Below are positions 25,134-35,628 of a stretch of 46,368 bases of DNA, piece by piece (within the stretch, counting starts at the first letter, position 1; every line of letters begins with the position of its first letter). The notes below the pieces were generated by a model that saw nothing but the letters and a program-made list of their open reading frames with translations, was not told where the DNA came from and made no database searches. The position numbers and the translations under genes are program-made. This DNA comes from Catajapyx aquilonaris (taxonomy: Eukaryota), in NCBI GenBank assembly GCA_000934665.2, contig KZ538177.1, positions 62,001-108,368 of the forward strand. The letters are read 5' to 3'.

Positions 25134-26818
25134 CTGTGGAAAAGACAAGTGAGTGTATGTGTCAATCTGATGACCATGGCACTCATGTGAATGTAGCCTG
25201 ATACCCGGTTCAATATTGTGCAGGAGTTAGGTAATTTATGCATAAAACCAGGTCGACATAATCACACATCAATTTTCTTGGCAAAAGTACATTGACACGA
25301 AGAGGGACTAATAGAAGCAGTTGCTGTACCCTGGATATAATTATAATAGTAATATCTTACTTGGAATAATGACAATTTTAGTGGCACTCCAACTAATGAA
25401 ACAAAACTAATAATCTGGGGATGACATCTTGTTGACTATGCCTTTAAACTGGTATCCAAAAATTTAGCTGAGTTAATACCCATATCAGCTTGTGTGTATG
25501 TAAGTGTATGTGTGGGTGGGTGGGGAGGGTTGTCCAAAATCAAAGACTCACACAGTCATAAGAATTAAAAGGTGGGGGATGACTGATGGGGGCTGGCACA
25601 TTTCATTACATGCATTGAAATCCATGTAATCCATTTGCTGTAAACACTTTTGTAGTTAAAATGTAATGGAGTTTAAATTTCTGCTGGATGAAAAGCTCCT
25701 TTGTTCAATTATTAGTCAATTTCCAACTAGTGTTCTACTGACATGCACATGTTTCTTTTAGCTGTTAGCTGGGGAGGAGCTATTTGAATAATTATACAAA
25801 ATGCCTTTATCTGCGACCCTCTAGATTTCTCATGTTTAAGTTTTACTGCGTTTTTGTTGTTATTATCATATTGCTCTTATGTGCTACCTGCTTTAACGGG
25901 TAGAGTGGCACACCAGTAAAATGTGGGGTGACCAGATTTCAAAAAAATCCTCATTGTGGTGGATTTACCAGAATGCTGGTATGTATAGGAGTTTTTCCTG
26001 GACATACCCCACATACAAAATCGTAATGACAATACTGTAAGCAATTTTACATATGTGGTGCATCTCCCATAACTTGAACACAAGAAAACACACAATGCCA
26101 GGCATCGGATAATTCACATTACTTTGTCAGTAGAGTATGAACATATTATTACTGTATTCACCTCTGGGTGCATCCAAACAAATAGCGGGGAGTAGGAAGG
26201 GACTTTTCACCTTCACTATTTACATCCACTAGCTGCAATGCCATATATCATAAATAATAACTACTCAAGCTTACATGCTGCACATTGTGCAACCAGACTC
26301 ATGCATACATATAGGTAGCTGGATGGTCCCTGCCACTTTTTGAACCAATTGAGTCATCAGAACCGGGAGGCATCTTCAAGGATACCTTTCATCCGAACAA
26401 GTCATTTTCATCCATCCCAAATGAATATTTGTGGAGTTAATGACTTTTTACCTTTTATTATGATCAAATGCATGCCAGAATGCATTTTTCAATACCAACT
26501 CAAGTAATTGCTTCTTTCTATATATGAATGCACTTACACCAATCTCATGGGTGGGATTATCACTCATCTTGTAAGTAACGTATAGCTCTTGGTAACGTCT
26601 ATGGGTTTCTGAAAGATTCACAAATAGTCAGTATACAGTATAATGTTCATTATTGGCCTTACCATCAAACAGGGTCAAGTTGGCAGAGAATTTTAAAATC
26701 AAGATGACAGTATCGATTAAACGTGCTCATCTGTGGCAAAAACTCTGAAGGAATGGAAGAGTTCACAGTTTACAAGGTACTGTACGAGTACTGTACCTAT
26801 TCGCTATTCCAATATGGC

Positions 26819-27572
26819 AGTGCACAACTTGAACTGTTCAAGAACTTGAGAAATGACTGTGCTAGGAGCACTAAGTGCCTCGGGCATTGTCATACAATTT
26901 TCTCCAACAGTGCAAGAGGGACGTCATTTAGCATTTTCCATGCATTGTGTCTTTTATACATGTGCTTGTCTTAAAGGGACACTCCACTCAAAATATTCCT
27001 CTCCATCCTACTCCTCCGTGGTACGGCGGCTGCTGCTGAGAGCGACGTACCCGCAAGGCTTCCCAGACCAAGCCCGCACGGCCTCCTCCAGTACCAATTT
27101 GAGCCGTACGACGAGGAGGTGGCCACCCCCACCCACGACCCGACACCAGTACGGACCAAATATGGCGTGGACCAAAGACGGCTGATATTTCAGGCAATTT
27201 CTGCCAAGTCCCGGTTGGCGGCGCGCGCGGAGGGAGCGGACTGGGCCGGGCGGGCAGCTTTTTTGCGCCAGATTCGAATTTCCGAACTTTGACGGCTCGC
27301 CATGGCCTTACCGTTCGTCTCTCAGGAAAACTGCCCATACCCTCGGAATCAGGATTTCCCCCCCNCCCCCCCCCCGATTTTTAGAGGCCAACTTGTATTT
27401 TGAGTGGAGTGTCCCTTTAAGACAAGCACATGTATAAAAGACACAATGCATGGAAAATGCTAAATGACGTCCCTCTTGCACTGTTGGAGAAAATTGTATG
27501 ACAATGCCCGAGGCACTTAGTGCTCCTAGCACAGTCATTTCTCAAGTTCTTGAACAGTTCAAGTTGTGCACT
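26819..27572. repeat. 177-bp perfect inverted repeat (26819-26995 / 27396-27572) around a 400-bp GC-rich spacer
   Basis: The arms are exact reverse complements; the ORF track shows identical peptides on opposite strands. Confidence 0.95.
26975..27416. mobile_element. Kolobok-type non-autonomous element
   Basis: TTAA|AGGGACACTCCACTCAAAATA...TATTTTGAGTGGAGTGTCCCT|TTAA: 21-bp TIRs, purine-purine termini, TTAA target. Confidence 0.75.
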
Positions 27573-28519
27573 TAAGTAACCACATGCTGAACCACATGAA
27601 TATTATTTGCAAAAATATATGTATAATTATTTGGATTTTAATACCAATAATAAGGGTACATAAATACCTTAAGCAGAGTCAGTGACAAAAATTTAAATGT
27701 CCGAAATCGGCGAAATCTTATGAAAAGAGTCCCGCTTTGGCTCGCGGAAAATATGGCCACCTTATACGGTATAATACCGTCAAATGGAAGCCTTATACCC
27801 GGATTATGGTACTCCGACTAGGCTCCCAGCTTCTGCTGCATCCCGGTCCGCCTCTTGCGCCACCTACGACGCCGTCATGCGAATAAGCCGTAAGCCGTTA
27901 CTCTAAGCTGTTATTAGCCTTAATCCGCTGAGGATAATAAGCTGCTAGATCCGGATCCAAAAAGGCGGCCCTACTTCAGAGCCCTACCCGCAGTTGGAAC
28001 ACCACCTAAATAACAGCTTTGTGAGCCCTGTTCAGTTTGGCTGTCGGGGTAAATGTGTGTTGGCGGTCAGGGTTTTCGGCGGTCAGGTTATAGGTTCCAG
28101 CCCAAGGCACTTTTATTCAACAACTCGGTTTGACCTACGTTACTACAACATTGGCTTGGTTACTGCTAGGTAACCCAACGATTCTAATTACAAACAAAGT
28201 GAAACCATTGATACTGTTACTAAGAGTAACTGTATGGTAACAAACAATTACAAATAACATAATAATTATAGTCATTACATATGCAACAGTTATTACATGC
28301 ATTACATAGCTCTTTTCCTTCTAAAAGAGAGGTAGTCCCACAGGACTGCCACTCTTTTGGATCTTCATTTGTTGCGGTCACAAGATGTCATCTGGTCCAA
28401 GGAAAGCTGTCACAGTGTCATCCTCCGAGTCATCGACGCACAGTGCTCCAGAATCTCAGAAAGTCCGGACATAATTACAAATGCGTGAATATGTGGGTGT
28501 ATCAGCATGAAAATCGGAC

Positions 28520-28716
28520 CAAGGAGGTTTCCAAAGTCGCTGAGTCCGAATTCGATGCCAAAAATACACATTTCAAAATGGAGGATCCAAGATGGCGACG
28601 ATTTTTGTACAACGTTGTCGGAAGTTCGCTAAAATTGATACCCGGGGGTTTCAGCAGGTTCTGAATAACAATCTGATATAAAAAAATTCAATTCAAAGTG
28701 GGGGATTCAAGATGGA
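28520..28716. repeat. Two degenerate units of an insect-type transposon-associated minisatellite
   Basis: gg.ggttt...gtcgctga.t.cgaat.tga...ttcaaa.tgg.ggat.caagatgg repeated with a period of about 115-120 bp. Confidence 0.5.
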
Positions 28717-30405
28717 GTAACTTTGCTGTTTACACTGAATTCAGAGAAAATAAGTAGCTGCAGTCTTTGCGTAGGACTGAATTTAGCCTATCGTTGGTTT
28801 CATTTTCAAGCATAAGTCTTACACATATTATATTGTGCAGTATACATATACAGTATGTGACATTCAACAATAACAATGACAATAGGCGAATAGGCGAACA
28901 GTGGCGATGATCCCTTCTGCGAGGCCATCAGTAGTGACGTTGTCCGGGTTGACGACAACACCGGTTGCAAAGGTGGGATCCTCCAATGGAAACTCCTTCC
29001 GAAAGAAGGTGTTGGGAAAAAGTTTCCTGGTGTGGCCTTCTGTTTTCTTCCTTAGACACAAGGTATCTGGTTCCTTTTTCCACAGTAAGTTGTTCCATGG
29101 CCAATGACCTTGGACGTGATTGAGAGTTGCGGTGTCGTTAAGACTTGAGTCCGCATGCTCCCGCTGTGTGGTAGTAACACCAGGGGCTGGTTTTGTGCTT
29201 TCTTATTAGGTTGATTGATTGAGTCTAGGTCTGAAGTTGGTCTGAAGTCTAAGTCTGAGGTTGATTGATTGAGGGTGACGCTGCTTAGAATCGATCTTGA
29301 TCTATAATTACAGGTTGACTGTTGAGATGTTGTGAATGGCCTATTAAGGTACAGATAACCTGCTTACTGTACTAATATATTATTAATACGTCATTTGGAT
29401 ATTACTGTTCCAGTGCTTGAGAATAATGTGCGTGGAAATATTCCACACAAGGTGTATATTTTCTTCAAAAAATATTTGACACTCCACTAATTGCATAAGG
29501 CAGATATTTCATATATTGTCCCTAAGAGACTTACTTACAGTAACATATCACAGTACATACTGTAGTAGTAGTCATAAAGTCTCAAGGAGGATATATTCAG
29601 AATCACTAATCTGGAATCTCGTCCTGGATGTGGTGGACGACTTCAAAATTTTCCTCACAGTTGCATCTGTGGGGTGGGAATCGCCGAAGAACCTCGCGTT
29701 TTTGCACTTAACACCTGTAACAAACACTACTTTTCGAGAACCCTTTTGGTTCAAAGACCAAGGATTATTGTGTCTATACAGTATACCCATCTGCACATTG
29801 AGATTCTTTACATTTCTCGTATAACAACGCTGCTACAATATTATTTCTCCTTGAAGCAAAATATATTTAGCAGGACAACATTGTTGTCGTAATATCAATT
29901 GAGTATTACCGTATAATAATATTCCCTGCAGCCAACTGATTTCCCTTTTTTCTCTCAGCCAGTAATGTTTCATATGAGTTCTCTTATATGTTTTACTGAC
30001 ATCATGATGACACTGACCGTGTACTAAACAGCTTGTTGGCGTTTTGAACGTTTGAAAAGGTTTTACTAACCTGACACCAAACACAAAGGAGGGCGTCCTG
30101 TGCTCTGGACTGTCCTTTTCAGCGCAGCCTTTGTCCCTGTACAGTATACATATATCCAGTGTATTGGTAAAATGTTTAAAATCTGTTATTTTTTAAATAT
30201 ATCATAAGTGTTCTGTGGTGTATTGCAACATTTCACTGATTTGCAACTTGTGCTTTATGAAAAGTATATAATAAATTGTCTCAAATAATGCGCCACCAAT
30301 GTGGGCCTATGCTGGTCTCTCTGGGATCTGCACGCTTCCAGTAAGAAAGTTTGCAAATTTGCATTTGTCTTTAAAATACGGGAAAGGGGAAGGACAGCTC
30401 GGTGA

Positions 30406-31152
30406 CTACTTGCTCAGGACTACTTCATCGTCCAGCTCCATGGCAGCCCCACTATTCTCCACAGAAGCGTCCCCTTCGGCATCCGCCACCAGGTTGGAAA
30501 CCCCATGCAAGTCCACCCCCGCTGTATCCGCACCAGCAGCATCGTTGTCCGGGGTGACAGCAGCGACCTCTCCGGTACGGGGCTGACCGGTGACCACCAC
30601 AACCCGGAGCATGGCCACCTCCTTCTCCAGAGCTGCCACTTTGGCCAGCAGCTCATCCTTCGCAGGGAGAAGCACCACCTCCGCGTCGTCCTCCGGCGGA
30701 ACCACAGGCGCCACCGGAGCAGGGTTCTTGGCGCCCTCCTCCTTGTAGCCAGGCGGGGGGACCCACCCCCAGCGAGGCGTAGGCAGCGGCCGGGTAGACC
30801 CTATTTCAGGGACAGCCGAAGCCTCCAGCACCCTCGGAACATCAGGGGGATGCCGCAGCGGCCACGGTGCCCAACAGTGGTCCACATGCCAGATATGAGC
30901 TCCCACCGAGCCCCTGTCGACTTCTTGCTGGAACACTGGCGGGGGGGCTTGCGTGCCCACCGCATGGCCAGAGTTCGGGGGGCTAATAGGCTGGTTTCCC
31001 AAGTTTCCTGCCATACGGGCCACCTTAGCCGCAGGAGTCGGACTGCTTGACCGGGGAGCCTTCACATCCCTCCCGCGGTTCTTGGGGCGGCCACCCCTTG
31101 CCGCCGACCGACCCGCACCACCCTTCACCACTGGAGCACTTTTAGGAGGCAT
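30406..31152 (-). CDS. Orphan 248-aa protein: Gly/Arg-rich N-terminus, Trp/His/Pro-rich core, coiled coil, acidic tail; paralogue of 37975-38575
   Basis: Intact ATG-to-stop GC-rich ORF. The core aligns with the second copy, and the QEVDRGSVGA block differs only at synonymous positions. Confidence 0.7.
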   Translation of the reverse strand: MPPKSAPVVKGGAGRSAARGGRPKNRGRDVKAPRSSSPTPAAKVARMAGNLGNQPISPPNSGHAVGTQAPPPVFQQEVDRGSVGAHIWHVDHCWAPWPLRHPPDVPRVLEASAVPEIGSTRPLPTPRWGWVPPPGYKEEGAKNPAPVAPVVPPEDDAEVVLLPAKDELLAKVAALEKEVAMLRVVVVTGQPRTGEVAAVTPDNDAAGADTAGVDLHGVSNLVADAEGDASVENSGAAMELDDEVVLSK

Positions 31153-31313
31153 ACCACACTACGAAATGTTCCTCAGTTCGACCGTTCACTGTCCAGCACG
31201 TGAGCCACCGGGACAAGGGAGGGAGAAAGGTCAGGTCCGGGCACCAACACACTATCACAATGCACACTAGTCCGAGTCACAATCCAAAATGGCGTGGGCC
31301 CCCACACCCACAG

Positions 31314-31759
31314 CAGGGAGCATATACTACATAAGAGGCGCAAACATTCGATTTTTTTCGTCTCTCTGTTTATAGGGCGTTGCCAAGGCTGGCGGCCATC
31401 TTGAAGTGTGTGGTATGTCAACGAGGTATAAATAGGGTACAGGCAGGTCGTCAAGGTCCGCGGGGTCCGCCATCTTTGATGGTTTGGGCTGCCATGGCAA
31501 TACACGGCAATAACAATTTACTTACCCATTTTCCAATATCGAATTCAAATTCGCGCGTGTTCTTGCCGTGTATTGCCATGGCAGCCAAAACCATCAAAGA
31601 TGGCGGACCTTATTTTTGCCTGTACCCTATTTATACCTCGTTGGCATACCACACACGTCAAGATGGCCGCCGGCCTTGGCAACGCCCTATAAACAGAGAG
31701 ACGCGAACAACAAAGGCGCCGACAGAAGTTTGCGCCTCTTATGTAGTATATGCTCCCTG
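31314..31759. mobile_element. P-superfamily-like foldback MITE (~195-bp imperfect TIRs, ~53-bp spacer)
   Basis: CAGGGAGCATATACTACATAAG...CTTATGTAGTATATGCTCCCTG, with 7-bp TSD cccacag at 31307-31313 and 31760-31766. Confidence 0.8.
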
Positions 31760-31839
31760 CCCACAGACACAAGCGAGAGGGGAGGGAAGGAAAAAAAAAG
31801 CAATTTTTCTATTTAAACATTTTATTATGTCCTTTTCAA

Positions 31840-31897
31840 ACCGGCGTTAACGTAAAACGGCGTAAAATGGAGCGGTGTAAAACGGGTACCTACTGTA
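31840..31897. mobile_element. Single pogo/Tigger-like TIR end
   Basis: Repeated cggcgtaaaa motifs ending ...gggtacctactgTA. Confidence 0.45.
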
Positions 31898-31907
31898 TTT
31901 GATAATT

Positions 31908-32542
31908 GGACGGTGTTATGCAATAATGCCTCAACCCACATGAGAACAGTTTTGAGAAAAGGGGCTTTGAAGGTCATACCTGTGAAATTAATTCAGTGTT
32001 CTTTTCGGTCATTATGGCAGAAGCATGCAGATTTCACCAGCGTGATTTTAACTGAATTAAGTAGGATCCTTTAGGTCAGTGGTTCTTAGTCAGGGGTGCC
32101 CGCACCTCCAGGGGGTGCGAGGTGGCTTCCCTGGGGGTGCGAGAAAGGTGCACCTCTGGACTAATAGAACCAAGAGCTAATAACTGGTCTAACTATGGAC
32201 GTAATCAATCACCCCTGGTATAGGGGGTGCGACAAGGACCAATATATTGTCTACAAAGGGGTGCGGAGGCCCGAGAAGGTTAAGAATTTCTGCTTTGGGT
32301 ACATGTTCCTGGGTTTGGCTCAATTTTGACATTTTCGTGGGTTGACAAATCATTGCATGACACCGTCCATGCACACCATTCATGAGTTAACTTTTCGGTC
32401 ATTTGTGGCAAAAGTATGCAGATTTCGCCGCCTTGATTTTAACTGAATGAAGTACCGGGACTATCCTTTGGGTGTATGTTCCTGGGCATAACTCAATTTT
32501 GACATTTTTTGTGGGTTGACCCATTATTGCATAACACTGTCC
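31908..32542. mobile_element. Sola1-like non-autonomous element with internal ~160-bp tandem duplication
   Basis: AATT|GGACGGTGTTATGCAATAATG..TCAACCCACA ... TGTGGGTTGA..CATTATTGCATAACACTGTCC|AATT (AWWT target). Internal units start cttttcggtcatt at 32001 and 32391. Confidence 0.6.
32077..32292. mobile_element. hAT (Charlie-type) MITE nested in the Sola1-like element
   Basis: CAGTGGTTCTTA...TAAGAATTTCTG termini, repeated ggggtgcg motifs, 8-bp TSD ctttaggt/ctttgggt. Confidence 0.8.
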
Positions 32543-32545
32543 AAT

Positions 32546-33170
32546 TTTCCCTCTGGACAACTTCCAGTTGAGTGTCCTCCTCTACTACGCTGATGTCTGG
32601 GTCCTGGAACTCCTCCTCCTGGACAACTTCCTCCTTGGCTCCCTCTAGATTACCGCTGGCCGGCAGCAACTTCCCCAGCACCAGGGTATCCATGGGTTGG
32701 CTCACCCACTGTAGGTTCATCCATGGTCTATTGCCGATTATTTGATTGATGATGATTGACTTATTCATTGACGAAATTGGGCCACACGTTTGTGTGACAT
32801 GGTCGTATAGCCACGGGCCTTCCCTGTGTCGGACTTTACGGGATAACCTGTATTTGGTGTCCATGGGGTGGGACAACATCTGAATGAGGCCAGGCCACTC
32901 CTTGTTTTTTTCCTCTTCTAAGGGAAAAGCCTCCCTGAGCTCTGGATTAAGAGCCAATTCTTGGTTGTGGGACATTGGTGTCGGTGTGAGTGGTAGATAG
33001 TATGGAGATGCTTTTGAACATGGTGACACCACCTCAAGAGACACAGTGAGAGAATTTATGCCAGTATTCTCTGAAATCCTGGGAAGTGTGACTGGTAGAG
33101 GACTTAGTAGAGCTGGAGGATGGTATGGCTTGTACGACTTGCCGCCCCTGGGATGTAGTTTCTTCCCCAT
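32546..33170 (-). CDS. Extra ORF downstream of Gypsy pol, unknown function, 3' end cut by the MITE
   Basis: About 208 open codons from ATG 33170, co-oriented and ~170 bp after the pol stop. Basic N-terminus and acidic C-terminal part. Confidence 0.5.
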
Positions 33171-33341
33171 CTTTCTTCTCCGAAGTCAGGCCAACGACTG
33201 AACTGCATCAACAATCCGTTTCATGGAGACGGATGTTTTTATTTACTAGCATAACCAATGTACCTAATAAATTATTCCAACAATGGAATGAGAGTATTTT
33301 CGAACCAAAAACTTAATTCCAATTGTTTGGGCAGTTTACAG

Positions 33342-34700
33342 CTAGTAAGACTCATCATAGAACCCAAGTGGATGAGAACTTGGTTTTAAGTTGTACCGAT
33401 GAGTAGGGATGACAGTGTTTGGAGTGGGAGAGTGTGGTTGAGATGGGTTTGGAGATGGGTTCGTATCAGGAAAAGGAGATGATGGAAAGTATTTCCTGAC
33501 TCGGTCTCGGTGTGTCAAGAACGTGTGAGGTTGACCTGGTTTTTGCAGAACAAAAATAACAGGACCCATTCTCTTGACCACACGGTATGGACCATCCCAA
33601 TACTTAAAACCGTTTTCGGCTCAACCCTTTTGGACATTGAGGTTTGTGTAGGAGAACTAAATCTCCCACTTTTACATTCTTGGGACGGAACCCACGGTCA
33701 TGGTATTTTTTTTTTTTGTTTTTGTTTGATGAACGCCTGGTGTAATCGTTCCTTGACTAAGTCATAAATGGACTGTAGTTTTGATGTCAAATTTTCTTTG
33801 AATGAGTGTATGGAAGTGCTGGACTGGTTGCGTTTGAAGATGTCATCGAAAGGAAATATGATGTCCCTTCCGTGGACTCGATAGAAAGGTGTTTCTCCCG
33901 TAGACTCTTGAATGGCGCCTCTATATGCCATTAAGACGAGTGGAATATCAGTATCCCAGTTCAACTGATTTTTATCAACATAGTGGCTTAACATATCCAC
34001 TACAGTTTTATTGAAGCGTTCTACAAGACCGTTGGCTGAAGGGTGGTAAGGTGTGCATTGAAGTGCTTTTACGCCTAATAGGTTGTAGCAAAGAGCTTAA
34101 TACTAGTATTAAGCTCTTTGGGTTGTAGATTTCAGCCATCATTTTAGACGTATAATTTTTCCCTCTGTCGGTAAGAATTTCCGTAGGTACACCATGTGTG
34201 GCGATTACCCTATAGCCAAGTACTTGCGCAACTGTCTCTGCCTTTTGGTCTGGCAGTGGAAAAGCCTCCGGATATTTTGAGAAGTAGTCAGTAACCACCA
34301 AAATGTGCTTATTACCACTCTTAGATGTTGTAAGTGGACCAACGAAATCCATGGATATTCGTTCAAATGGTCTCGATACTGGTGGATACTCTTGTAGCCA
34401 TGAATCTGCTTGAGGTTTTTTCTGTTTTAGTTTTTGACATGAATCACACGTCTCGCAGAATTTAGCAATGTCTTGTGTCATACCCCTCCATGTAAAAGAT
34501 TGATGGACTCTTTTTATCATTTTCTTAACACCTAAGTGTGCAGAAAATGGAGGACAGTGATTTTGAGTGAGTACCTTATAAACCATTGACTTTGGAACAA
34601 CCAAAACATCATTGTGTTTTTCCTTAGCATAGAGAATGTCGTCTTCCACATAGTAGTCAGAGTTAGGGTTATGTAAGGTTTGTTTGACTAAGGTTTGACA
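33342..34700 (-). pseudogene. Ty3/Gypsy integrase fragment
   Basis: HHCC finger (H..PFSAHLG..CETCDSC), PFERISMDFVGPL, ILTDRG, YHPSANGLVERFN and WDGPYRVV (GPY/F). Frameshifts at the 40-bp insert (34081-34128) and at the poly-T run near 33710. Confidence 0.95.
34081..34128. mobile_element. P-type transposon excision footprint: 16+16-bp palindrome between 8-bp TSDs
   Basis: ggttgtag-caaagagcttaatact|agtattaagctctttg-ggttgtag. Removing 40 bp restores integrase AEIYNLLGVKALQCTPYHP. Confidence 0.8.
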
Positions 34701-35628
34701 AGACAGGTGTCCTTGGGCACGGCCAACCCAGACCTCGTGACACGGCCGCACAAAGTAGGGAACCCCTGGCTCCCAGCACCTCCTGGATAGTGCAATTCCA
34801 TAGCACATGAGGAGCGTCCTGACGTCCTCCGTTGCAAGGGCATAGGGCATCCTCCTCCGTCCTTCCTTTCAGCCTAAATCGAGCCAGGTAAGCCAGGAAA
34901 GGGCCATGGCCAGATATGATCCTAGCCACATGTCCGTGCAGGTGACGGTCGTCCTCCACCTCGGGAAGAAAGGCATGGCACCTATCCCCTCTGTCCGCCG
35001 GCCACCTCGTCTGCCAGTCCATCAGGGAACGGCGCCAACACCTCCTCCTCACACCTGCTTCGGTCTCCGGCAGGAAAGCCCGCCCCACCACCAGATCCGC
35101 CGCTCGCCGCGCTTCGCTGTCCGCTCGCTCGTTGCCTAGGATTCCAGCATGCTCCTTGGCCCAACATAGCGTCACCTCCTCCGAAATGGAGCGCAGTACC
35201 TCCCTCGTCCTGGCCGCCACCATTGAGGAGAGACTGGCTAGATATCACGCTCATCTGGCCTTCTTGGAACAAAGAGCTGCCGGGACGACGGTGAGGAGCC
35301 AAGCGATGTACCATCTTGTTCCCCCCTGGCAGTGGGAGCGACTACACATACTGAAGTGGACGGAGTCTCCCAAGGGGGTGGACCTGATCATCTTCACGGA
35401 CGGGCCGGTCACGAGGGGCTACAAAGCTGGGGGGGGGCAATGGTATGCATCAATGGGAGAGGGGAAGAGCTGTTCGTTAGACGCGTCCCGTTCCTAGTGA
35501 CGGCGGGTATATACGAGGTGGAGTTGGACATGTTGGATAGGGCCATTGAGACGCTGGCGGAGATGCAACTTCCGGGAGGTAGCGTGACGTGGATTGTGTC
35601 CGACTCTATGTCGGCCCTGCAGACTTTG
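34701..35628. mobile_element. R1/LOA-type non-LTR retrotransposon RNase H and zinc-knuckle fragment with 5' inversion
   Basis: Plus strand ~35215-35628: IFTDG..IYEVEL..IVSDSMSALQTL. Minus strand ~35220-34701: WAKEHAGILGNERADSEAR..ISGHGPF..CPC..HVLWNC. Confidence 0.85.

Larger units (their letters stand above)
20635..28098 (-). mobile_element. Candidate Mutator (MULE) element with tandem-repeat TIRs, carrying nested insertions
   Basis: Four 16-bp units accctg(a/c)c(c/a)gccaaat at 20643-20706 and inverted related units at 28036-28090 ending ggttcc (28098) enclose a MULE transposase gene. No TSD found. Confidence 0.55.

Noticed and set aside
19695..27785. 16-bp inverted match tttgacggtattat / ataataccgtcaaa as an outer TIR pair
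   Set aside because: The similarity does not extend on either side and may be chance.
31314..31759. Parvovirus/densovirus terminal hairpin
   Set aside because: A 7-bp TSD and CA...TG termini indicate a DNA-transposon MITE; there is no NS1 or capsid gene nearby.
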